Below, piece after piece: positions 24,401-34,500 of a stretch of DNA of 64,000 bases. The translations under genes and the position numbers were made by a program. The notes under the pieces were generated by a model that was not told the DNA's origin, did not search any database, and worked only from the letters and a program-made list of their open reading frames with translations. The DNA is taken from positions 80,104,001-80,168,000 of the forward strand of contig OZ320316.1 in the NCBI GenBank assembly GCA_976226885.1, in the 5' to 3' direction. Within the stretch, counting starts at the first letter, position 1. Each line of letters opens with the position of its first letter. This stretch comes from Iphione sp. A-MEVVRFRX5. Its lineage: Eukaryota.

Positions 24401-27340
24401 AACGTATTGGACACTATCACTTGTTTCTACTTTGTGTCAAAACACTGTTTGAATTTCAAGCCAGTGTCTTTATCACTGCAAGGCCTGGTAGAATTTTGGG
24501 GGAACCATTTAAACTTTTTGTGGTCAGTAATGAATTGTCAGTAGGTAGGTTTTTCCATTGTTAACTAATGTTGACTGATGTCATATGAAAGAATCAAAAT
24601 GGTGTATTGTCAAGTTTGTGTTCATTCAGGAAATATTCACATAAAAACAAAATAATACAAGGCTACAACTAGCAAAATATAGGGTTGGTTGGATTACTGG
24701 AAACACATATATTTTTACTAGTCCTAAACAAAATGAATCTTTGCTTTTGAACCTTATTTTGTTGGTACTTGTCAATATGCACTTCAGAGATCAAATGTAC
24801 AGAAACAGTGACTATTCTTTGATGTATCTGATATCATCCATGTGACGCAAGGGACGGTGCAATTTAGTTGAAATTTTATTAATTTGCTTGTGCATGTAAT
24901 TCAATGTGACAATGATCGCTGCTTCTATTTCTGGTACAATGTGGACGCAGATGGTAGATTGAAAAAGATGCATACCAACTTGCATTTCATTTGCACAAAG
25001 GATCTCTCTTCCAGGGCATCTAAACCAAAGCTGAGGGTGTGTCCTGATGGTGCCCTTTTCGGTTGATAAACTTTTCCTGACAGATGTAAGCATGAGAGAA
25101 AAACAGCCCTTGATCCTTACACAGTTATTTTATGAATGAAACAAATCAAAGTAAGAGAATAAGAAAATGGATAGAAACTCACTGGCGCAATTTGAAATGA
25201 ATGTGATGTATGCAGCAGCATTATATATCTTACGCTATGCCTCAAATCATACAATGCTGTACAGTGTAGGCCCCTACTTACAGGGGTACTTTATCCAGTT
25301 TTGACATCTTCATAAAAAGGGATTCATGGAGCAACATCACTTATGAGTTTGTAGAGGGAAATAAACAATGCTAGCATTAATTCTGGGATGTTTTGTCATT
25401 AAAGAAGTCTTGCCAGTCAGTATACCAATCTATCTGCACCTAAAGCAGGGCATAGTATGACTATTGATCAGCTGAAAATATAAGACGATAGACCTAGTCG
25501 TGGCAACTAGGAACGTCAATGCGCAGACCGGTGCATTAGTAACAACGACTATATTAAAGCAGCTAGAGAACCTCAAGGCACTGGTGCTAACCACTGGGTA
25601 CCGACATTGCAGCTTACTGACAGTTGTGCCAGTACAGCCACGGGCGCCCGACGACGAAGGGTAGCACTAATGATTTAGGGCAGCCTATTTGAGGGGTACG
25701 ATCGGTCCAGGCGGCCCCTAGTGCTCATCTCGCCACGCTCTAAGGCCTCAGACGCTATTGTGAAAGCAGAAGCGGAAGATCGGAACAAGCCCATGCCCTC
25801 TGGAGCAGAACACCCCTAACATAAGAAAACTCATAACAATATTGCAGAGGAAAGGGACCTGTGTAAGGCGTCTGCATGTGCCAAGAAAATATTTTTCCAA
25901 GTGAAGTCGGAAACAGGAATGGCGAAATGTTCGTTCATGGGCAATCTTCAGACGAAAATATTAAAACGCATTACATTTTTGTCCGGATTCTCAGCAAAAC
26001 GATTCGACACAAAGGGAGAGATCAAATTCCTGTTCTCCACGTTACATTATCCTGTCTGGAAAGGGGATTTTTGAATTGATTTTACTTGGTAAATAGAATT
26101 CGTGTTCAATAGAATAGATAATTATTCCCCCTTGCTCTCTAAAAAGTAGCATACTACCGACTCTTGTTTCATCGGGGAATTTCAGTACAAATGACTTATG
26201 GATCAGCAATTACGAGAGATTTCTCTATGGAGATAATATTTCAGACCATATTAAGGCACAGTAACCCGTTTTTTGCTTTCTTGATGTCAGCCACGATATT
26301 TCATTTAAAGATTTTCTCATATGTTTTTTTAATTAATTTTGGAGTGGAGACATCTATTCCGATGAACATGTGAGACTTCAGGCAGAGAGGTATTTGATAG
26401 TTATATATCATGTGGCAGAATATCTTGTTACATATATATTCTAACTTGTTTAAGAGGAAACCCTTGACTGTCGTGAAAAGTAAAACCACGTGTGTAGTTG
26501 TCCCCTGTACTTAGTAAACTTATTAGTTCTGATGAACATCAACTTTCCAAATTTATTATAAGGGACCTTCGATAAGAGAGGTATGCCTGTATGCCATATA
26601 TTCTATCCATTCGTTTTGCTATACTGTATAGTGGTGTTGAGTAGATTCAAGAGGAACTTGAACGATTCCATTGACAAGAAAACTCTCATCAAAGTCCAAA
26701 TGAATGATACCTGTAGTGTGCATTGCCAACAATAAGTTCAGAAATAGAGACTGATCAAAGCAGTCGAGTAATCCATTATCTATATATCTCTACTTTGTGA
26801 ATGTTCATTCCAGACATTTGGAATTCGAAGAAAATATCCCATCTTACTTTATCCCCATATTTGAGTGGCCGCGGAGTTCTGACGCCCAGTTAGGTGCGAT
26901 TTATACATCTGTATGTATACCTATGTGTTTTTAGTATACGCTTTTCACCAAATACATCGAAAAGGCTCCCAAGAAGGCAGTTTTAGGCTCGGTTCCCACT
27001 ATAAACAGTGAAATGTATTCTCCCTTAAGAAATCGTGACCTTCTGATCTAATTCATATTCAATCAAATCCCAGTACTGCATCGATTAAATGTGGTAACCG
27101 TGAATCTCTCATGGAAGAATTTGAGAGGCATTGGCCGCAGTCTCCACGGAGATCACCGGATCTCATAAACTGCCAATAACCCTCACGAGTATACTAACAC
27201 TCGTTTTAAAAGGCAACATAACAGACGTCGGTTTACCTTTTCTGTGCGGATCTAAAATTAATGAATACATACCGCCCACAAGGGTCTCTAGAGGACTTTT
27301 CCTCACGAGTCAATGAACTTTATTCGATGTGAGTTCTGCT

Positions 27341-27395
27341 ATATATATTAATAACAACCAACACACGAGGATTGGGCTGACAATACGAGTAACTC
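27341..27395 (-). repeat. Ngaro repeat B2
   Basis: Identical to 27550-27604. Confidence 0.95.
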
Positions 27396-27407
27396 TTTAA
27401 TAACAAA

Positions 27408-27555
27408 AGTTAAAAGACAGAGACTGTATGACGGTTACAACAATGGAATGATGATGTCATAACTGCATGGTCACCTAGTTACTCACTAAGAAACATATTG
27501 TTGATGGTTACATGAATATATATTATCATAAATATGCTATTTATAAGGCATATAT
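27408..27555 (-). repeat. Ngaro repeat A2
   Basis: Identical to 31406-31553. Confidence 0.95.
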
Positions 27556-27604
27556 ATTAATAACAACCAACACACGAGGATTGGGCTGACAATACGAGTA
27601 ACTC
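27550..27604 (-). repeat. Ngaro repeat B1 (55 bp)
   Basis: Identical to 27341-27395; overlaps A2 by ATATAT. Confidence 0.95.
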
Positions 27605-27613
27605 CAAACCCAA

Positions 27614-28570
27614 TCAAGAAAATAACATACGATCAGACTCTAACAAGCTCTCATGGTCAATTTGTAAGTATCTAAAAACACAGTTAGAGCTCCAGTCGCC
27701 CCTAAACTTAATCTCCTGAAGCGAGGCACCTTTGGCAGCTAGGAAAGTGGCACCTCCACGTCTAAAAAAGTGAGAAGTAACTCCTGTATAACCTGCTACA
27801 TTACATAAATTAATTAATTTATCACGGAACATGTTATAATCAAGCGGAACACACTCAACACCATTACGAAAGCTGAAAACCAGATCATCTGGCCTGCCAT
27901 TACTCAATAATTTCCATGTCTTAAGGACGCTCACAACACAAAACTTTGCAATATGACAAAATCCTATAGGAACCACAATACTCCTAGAGTTGTCTCTAAA
28001 ACTTTTACCTCTACAAATCCTCAGCAACAGACCGGTATCAGAGAATTTAATATCCTCCCATCGTATGCCCTTTGAAGAAGTATACATCTCCTTCCTCAGC
28101 AAGCCACGAAAAGATAACAGCATAGCGGACCAAATCATGAAGTCAACTTTCAACCCCAGATTCAACAAATCCCTGAAAACAGACAATTCCCTTAACCCTA
28201 TAGCCACTGCCCTTTTTGCTGGAAAGTTCCTACTCCTCTTAATACCTTTCATCACCTCCTCAAACAAAAAATTACCTTCCAATGATAAAGGACACCCAAA
28301 CTTCTTTGAATAAAACACCACAGTAGAGAGGTACATACGAATAGATGAAAAACACTTGTCCCTAGCTAAAAAGGACAAATATAAACAAATCTGAAGGACA
28401 CTACACGGCAAGGTAGAAAAGCCGGCTTGACCACAGAAGTCTTCGTAGCACCTCCACTGACTACTCCTTGCTTTTTTCGTATTCTCTGCTGCTGCATTTC
28501 TCATCCAGCCTTTCATCTCCTCCTTCAGTTCCTCCCGAATCCCTGCAAACAATAGACAGGGTATCACCAC
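27614..28570 (-). CDS. Tyrosine recombinase of the Ngaro element
   Basis: Catalytic set R (FRGLLRK), HxxR (SHFFRRGGAT), W...Y (GDWSSNCVFRY); overlaps pol 3' end by 110 nt in another frame; annotated start is GTG. Confidence 0.92.
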   Translation of the reverse strand: MVIPCLLFAGIREELKEEMKGWMRNAAAENTKKARSSQWRCYEDFCGQAGFSTLPCSVLQICLYLSFLARDKCFSSIRMYLSTVVFYSKKFGCPLSLEGNFLFEEVMKGIKRSRNFPAKRAVAIGLRELSVFRDLLNLGLKVDFMIWSAMLLSFRGLLRKEMYTSSKGIRWEDIKFSDTGLLLRICRGKSFRDNSRSIVVPIGFCHIAKFCVVSVLKTWKLLSNGRPDDLVFSFRNGVECVPLDYNMFRDKLINLCNVAGYTGVTSHFFRRGGATFLAAKGASLQEIKFRGDWSSNCVFRYLQIDHESLLESDRMLFS

Positions 28571-30530
28571 AACAGCAACTATCAGTCCAGTCTAATTCCA
28601 GTAGTCTAACTAACTCCCTTGACTCAAATCCCCTAGACAAAACATCAGCAATCACGTTCTCTTCACTCGGGACATAATTCACCACAAAATAAATGTTGAA
28701 CACACAACAAGTCCAAAAAATCTCTTTCAACCATTCCATACACACTGAATTGCTGCTTCTTCCAGTCTTCAACATAAACAGAACACACATATTATCCGTT
28801 TTGATGCGAATCATTCTATCTTTTAGACTCTTACCCCATCTTTTCAAAGCAACAACTACGGCCCATAATTCATAAATATTAATATGGGCCTCAAATAAGA
28901 CCCCCCCTGGTTTGAACTCCACATGATGTTCGAAGACATCCAGACACCAAGGTTGAGTGTCCCATTTCCCAAAAAACCAATCATCTGCACACCAACCCCC
29001 GAACCCCTTTAATGAGGAATCCGTGGTTATACATGCAGTTGGACACCTACAGTCAATGATCTTCTTTTTACCATTGAACCATTCAATGAATACTGACCAC
29101 CAACCTAAATCCGAAATCACCTCTGCTGGGATACTTCTTCTCTCCCTTCCATTTTCATACTCATTCAACCATTTGTATACACTTCTCGAGTAAGTGCGGC
29201 CTCCCTTGACCACAGTGGCGCAGTGAGCAAGTAGGCCAGACAATTTCTCCACCTCTTTCTTACTTACAAGCCTCATATTCTTCACTCTAGAGACTGCTAT
29301 TTTACACCGCTCCACTTTGTCCTCAGGCAGCCTCAACTCCATAAGGGCTGAATCCACATCAATACCTAAAAATCTGCAAGTGGTGCTTGGTGTGGTAATC
29401 TTATTCCTCGCAACTTTGAATCCAAAATTCTCAATCACATTGATCATGCAATCACCAAACCTCTCACAATCCTCGTAGCTATCACCAATGATCATAAAAT
29501 CATCCAGATAATTCACCACTCTGGCTCCACTCCTTCTCACACATTCACACTTCACCAATTCAGAAATTCTAGAAAAAATGTACGGAGCACAACGAAGACC
29601 AAAACATAGTGTGTTGTTCACAAAAAATCTCTTCACACCTCCAAACTCCCATGCGAATCCTTGATAGGTTCTGTGGCTAGGACGAACATGTACACTTCTG
29701 TATGCACTTTTGATGTCCACAACCATCATATACTCATGACCAGTTAACATACAGCCAACATCATCCACACTATTGTAATGAAAATTCTTTTGAGTATTAG
29801 ACATAAAATTATTTATCCCCCTCCGACGTGGCATAGAACAATCTGTGATGGGTCTTAAAGAACCATCACCTTTCCTTACACCACCTAAGGCATTCACACA
29901 CTTTGGTCTCACATCCACCTCCGAAATGATACCACTTCTTAATTCATCCTCAATATTGCCAGTCATAGCTTCAAAAAACTCGCCTTCAGTTATAGATCTA
30001 TAATTTTCACACATATAGGATGTCTCACAATCATCATCAATGATATTAAAGCCTTCAGTTAATCCGCACCATAGCAGTTCTTTTTCATCTAAAGGCATGT
30101 CACTCCTGCAGATAGCATAAACACAACGACATGGGCGTAATTTTACTGGCATATCGCCAACAAAGTAGCTACATTCACAGTTACCATTAATACACTCACA
30201 GTAAATCGGAATTAGCTTCTCAGAAACAGGTGTCACCACTGATAACACATAACCATCACCATCATCTTTCTCTTTGCGAATATGACTGCTCAAGAAAGAT
30301 CCTTCGAATACTTGCAAATACTCAGCGCACTCGTCGGTATCAGTTGTCATGACGTAACTATCAACACAAGGAAGAAAGTCATTTACAACGTCCACAGATG
30401 GGCAGACTTCACTGGATGAATCATCTAAACTGACATTGCCCACCAAATCTGAAGATAAAACAAATTTGTCATCCAATTCAATTACAAATACCTCATCTCC
30501 TGTCAGTTTATCCTCATCCGAATGGCACCG
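28461..30530 (-). CDS. pol: Ngaro reverse transcriptase / RNase H ORF (frame open directly from the gag UGA; first true ATG ~60 codons in)
   Basis: VVDIKSAY, LCFGLRCAPYIF, VNYLDDF (RT); ITTDSSLKGFGG, HINIYELWAV, IKTDN, NVIADVLSR (RNase H); the ORF-track start at 30476 is TTG. Confidence 0.92.
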   Translation of the reverse strand, partial: RCHSDEDKLTGDEVFVIELDDKFVLSSDLVGNVSLDDSSSEVCPSVDVVNDFLPCVDSYVMTTDTDECAEYLQVFEGSFLSSHIRKEKDDGDGYVLSVVTPVSEKLIPIYCECINGNCECSYFVGDMPVKLRPCRCVYAICRSDMPLDEKELLWCGLTEGFNIIDDDCETSYMCENYRSITEGEFFEAMTGNIEDELRSGIISEVDVRPKCVNALGGVRKGDGSLRPITDCSMPRRRGINNFMSNTQKNFHYNSVDDVGCMLTGHEYMMVVDIKSAYRSVHVRPSHRTYQGFAWEFGGVKRFFVNNTLCFGLRCAPYIFSRISELVKCECVRRSGARVVNYLDDFMIIGDSYEDCERFGDCMINVIENFGFKVARNKITTPSTTCRFLGIDVDSALMELRLPEDKVERCKIAVSRVKNMRLVSKKEVEKLSGLLAHCATVVKGGRTYSRSVYKWLNEYENGRERRSIPAEVISDLGWWSVFIEWFNGKKKIIDCRCPTACITTDSSLKGFGGWCADDWFFGKWDTQPWCLDVFEHHVEFKPGGVLFEAHINIYELWAVVVALKRWGKSLKDRMIRIKTDNMCVLFMLKTGRSSNSVCMEWLKEIFWTCCVFNIYFVVNYVPSEENVIADVLSRGFESRELVRLLELDWTDSCCCGDTLSIVCRDSGGTEGGDERLDEKCSSREYEKSKE

Positions 30531-31355
30531 TCACTGTTGCTTCGATGACATCTTTCCCTTAGCAACCTTGTCGCCATCTGACGTCTTGTTACTGAAACAG
30601 TCATTCGCCTTATGACCGCCAGTGCCACAATTTAAACACGAGTGCTTATAAATGCAATTCACATCATTACACTCCCCTGCATTGTATCTGTAGCAAATAC
30701 GATCCATCTTCTTGGATTTCCTCATCGACTTGCCTCTGCTGACACTCGTAGTGGCATCCACGCCCATGTACTTATGTACTAGCTCAGTGTCACCGAAGCA
30801 AAAAGTCTTGATACCATCCTTTGCAGCCTTGTACCGCATCTCTTTATCGTATTTCACCAACGATTTCTGGTTGTACACCTTTGTAGCTGCTTTAGTAGAC
30901 AGGAATGACAAATGATCGACATATGGCTGGGCATCAAGTCCCTTGGATAACAGTCTCTTTAGCAGACCGAGCGACCCCACCATCAATTGTTCAAACGAAT
31001 CGATCTCCTCAACATCAGAGTAGCGTGAGATGTCAAACCTCTTGTTGCGCTTACCCTGTTTCTTCTTCCTACGTCTAATCCTCCTCTTATCGGCTTCCTC
31101 CTCATCATCATCAGAGTCTGAGAACTCAGACTTGCACGAACTCGATGAGCTGCTCACATCCTTCTCCACACCAGGCTTCGTCTCTGTGTTCACCGCTTCG
31201 GCTGCCACCAACGTCTCGATCAAGTTCTCCAGCCTCATAATACGATCACTCAAATTGCTGTCTTCTCTGGACAAATTCACCTTCTCGTCATCATCAGCAG
31301 ATTGCACTGGCTCTTGACAATTTTTGCCAACAGGGGGGGGTGATTTACCCCACAT
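30531..31355 (-). CDS. gag: Ngaro gag-like ORF1 with C-terminal CCCH + CCHC zinc fingers
   Basis: CYRYNAGECNDVNCIYKH-SCLNCGTGGHKANDC; YD..MR..AA motif typical of DIRS-order ORF1; true start probably ATG 31375 with a frameshift in the C8 run. Confidence 0.85.
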   Translation of the reverse strand: MWGKSPPPVGKNCQEPVQSADDDEKVNLSREDSNLSDRIMRLENLIETLVAAEAVNTETKPGVEKDVSSSSSSCKSEFSDSDDDEEEADKRRIRRRKKKQGKRNKRFDISRYSDVEEIDSFEQLMVGSLGLLKRLLSKGLDAQPYVDHLSFLSTKAATKVYNQKSLVKYDKEMRYKAAKDGIKTFCFGDTELVHKYMGVDATTSVSRGKSMRKSKKMDRICYRYNAGECNDVNCIYKHSCLNCGTGGHKANDCFSNKTSDGDKVAKGKMSSKQQ

Positions 31356-31405
31356 TTACGACAATATTTGCCCATAATGCTGATCCAACGGTAAACGTCC
31401 ACAAC

Positions 31406-31553
31406 AGTTAAAAGACAGAGACTGTATGACGGTTACAACAATGGAATGATGATGTCATAACTGCATGGTCACCTAGTTACTCACTAAGAAACATATTGTT
31501 GATGGTTACATGAATATATATTATCATAAATATGCTATTTATAAGGCATATAT
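31406..31553 (-). repeat. Ngaro repeat A1 (148 bp), with TATAAATA near its 5' end
   Basis: Identical to 27408-27555 (offset 3998). Confidence 0.95.
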
Positions 31554-34500
31554 GTGAACAAAGGCCCACCATGGTATAAAAATATTGCAAAATTAATACT
31601 ATCTGAACCAAATTCTGAAGAATACATCTACAGATATTGATGACGTTCTTGGTAACAATATAAAAGCTGGTTGGTGACATATTTTTTTCATACTAGAACG
31701 AATGAAATAAATCGATGATACAGAAGCACGCGCGTGTCCTATCCCCGGCGACAGTTCGGAACCATCGAGGGCTCCCATCGGCACAAGTCCTGCTCCGTGA
31801 AGGACCCAGGTCTTTCCTCTAGTGGTTCTTCCTGACATTGATTAATGACTACAATCAATCCTCTCTGGTCCTGGTGTCCCCTCCAGGCGCCATCCAATCA
31901 AAGCACCTGGCAAGCCCGGCCCCATAGTGTGCATCTGCGCACGGTAGATCACATCGATCAGTTGCGCGTTGGTCCACATTTCATGGGACACGTCTTGTAT
32001 CTATTTAACTATTTTTTGGAAATGATATGTTAAAATATAAGGTTCGCAGGGGAAACTGTACGGCTACCACCAGCTGTAATGTCTTCAAGTTAATTTAGAT
32101 TGAACTATCGGTATAAGGTACACTGACTTGACGGAGTCCAGTTTCTTTCTGTTAGCATCAGATGGCGCCACGTGTACCGTGTAGAACTGTGTATGCACCG
32201 CTGTCCGTTACAAAAACACTTTACATGTCACAAACTAAACGTGGCCATTAGATACTCCAGGGAGAATGGCTAGCATTCTAGTGAAATTAAACATTCAATT
32301 CGTCAACAAACTGACAACCGACTGACCGTAAGTGACAATGACAAGGTAAATGCAAAAGGTAAAGCCGAGGGACATTTCAGTGCTTCTTAGGTTCCTTGTA
32401 TTAAGGGACGTCACAACCACGCATGTTCTTTCAGTAAGGACATGATAAGATATACACACATCTGCCTTTAAATGTATATACATGTACAGACCCCATCCTA
32501 AGAGTTATCGTGAGTGACAATCAAACATCCACGGTGTGAGTGCTCGTAACTGTGTTTCTGTGGCACAAACAAGCGTGCATGTGGTTTTGGTGTTATGTAT
32601 ATGTTCTGGGTCTTATATAAAACCACTTGAGTAACGCATCTCTTGGAACAAAGAAAGCGTAAGTATTTGTAGAGATGGACGCTATGGATCCACGTTAAAT
32701 GTACAGTTAAATATACATACATGACTGGGAAACGAAAAGGCCACTTAGACAAACTTTCTGCCATCTTACCCCATAAATAACTCACCATGAGTTTTTTCCC
32801 TCTTGGTTCCACTTTGACAAAACCTGATACTTCAACAAAAGCTGAAAAATGTGTCCCACTATTATCCTCAGAACACATATTTGGCATACTTTGACAAGTG
32901 AGCGGAAAGTTAAGTGTGTAGTCACGGCGAATAAACGGACTATAGCCAGTCTCGTCCGAACTAATTCAACCGAATGTCACTTGGCCCCTCGGCCTAAACA
33001 CTCGCTTGGATTCATCTGTTGCGGTGATATTAGACAGCTATACTGATATACAAGTCCCAGCGCCCTAACAAAAAGGAATTCACTATTTCATCTGAAGCGT
33101 GCGGATCCAAGAAATGCTCGGCCTTGACCTGGTTACCCGACCCGATGTCTCCCGGTCGTCGACACCCCATTGCCGATCCTCACCCCTTACACCTCCCTTA
33201 CTCGTCGGTGTCTGTGTGTGCAGCGCGGTGTGTGTGCACTGTGACAGTTGCACAGCGGAGCGCCCAGTTTTCGCCAAGCGGTATACAGCCTGCTCTAGGA
33301 GAGGGAGGCGGCGCTTGTCTTGGCCTCAGGTCTTAAGCAGCATACTCTCCAGCGTGGCTGACGGCACGTGGATCGCGGCACAGATTCCTGTTCAGCCTGG
33401 ATCATTCGCGTGGTGGTAAGCGGTTGGTGGTGGCGCCCTTTGATCCCTGCTGTAGACGTCAACGGCCACGCCTCCCTCGCAACGCCAGCCTCCCTGGAAT
33501 TACACGGGGCTCTGACGGCGGACTGCGTCATGCCCGCTGTTTCGGCGGCACTTTCGCGGCAGCTCACGCCAACACTTCGCTAAAGAGTCACTTTGCATGG
33601 AGATTTCCATCAAGTGAAGGCAGCGTGCGCTTTTCTACCTTCGTATTTCTAGGGGAATCCTAGTGTCGGCCTGGACCGTCCCCTGTGTCCAACAGGTGAG
33701 AAACAGACCCGACCACTGTACATTTCTTACAACTTACATCAGTTGCTAATTAATTGCTTTCATTTTGAAACGTTCTGCTGATGTGATCCCTGTGAATTGC
33801 TCTGCGTGAAACCTAGGGTGGGTGCCGCTGAGGGCATATGCCCATGCAGGTAATGAGAATTCCAGAGATGGTAGGCTCAGCAAGTGCTATGAAATGGAAT
33901 CTCTATTGCCTTACAACGTGCCAAATGACTTTACCCAGACCAGTGTACATGTAATTCATTTTTTCGCATGCCCTTTGGATCTGATCATTTATGGGTGACC
34001 GTATGGGATATAGCTGGGCGGGATAGAATGTCTTTACTCCCGCTTTTTGTCGGTGGAAAGCATCCAAATCACGCGATGGTACACAATTACCCAGAAGCAC
34101 AGCTCTGTCGTGAGCAGGTCGGGGTTGGCGTACACAAGTCATTTTTCTTAGAAGGGATGGCATTTATTCATGTCTTCCCTAGGACAGAAACTTGCATTAG
34201 GACTCGTATTTTAAAGGTAGCGCTTGTAGGAAAATGTATGCAGCAACCAATGTCTGGTGTGATCTACTTGGAATACGAGTCAGCTGTGTTCGACTCGATT
34301 GGATCAATATACACAGTGTAACAATCATCGTTTGATTCTTCCAGGAACTAGGCCAGTCTACAGGTTCCTGAATAAAAAAATTAAAAAGAGACCCACATAT
34401 GGTACGATTCATGATGAATTTATTTGCGCTTTGTCCAGCGCTATGACAGTACTTTGTGGTATAAATGAAATGTATACGCATTGGCACAGCAGGAGACTGA

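Larger units (their letters stand above)
27341..31553 (-). mobile_element. Full-length Ngaro-type (split-direct-repeat) tyrosine-recombinase retrotransposon, 4213 bp
   Basis: A1(31406-31553)-gag-RT/RNaseH-YR-B1(27550-27604)-A2(27408-27555)-B2(27341-27395); A copies identical over 148 bp, B copies identical over 55 bp; no TSD. Confidence 0.93.

Noticed and set aside
25480-25680. Possible decayed SGNH-esterase-like LINE ORF1 fragment (DLVVATRNVN...LENLKALVL...VQPR)
   Set aside because: Resemblance too weak to call without an HMM search
32155-32168. CTCF-like motif GCATCAGATGGCGC (weaker ones near 40556 and 49225)
   Set aside because: Partial short-motif matches are expected by chance in 64 kb
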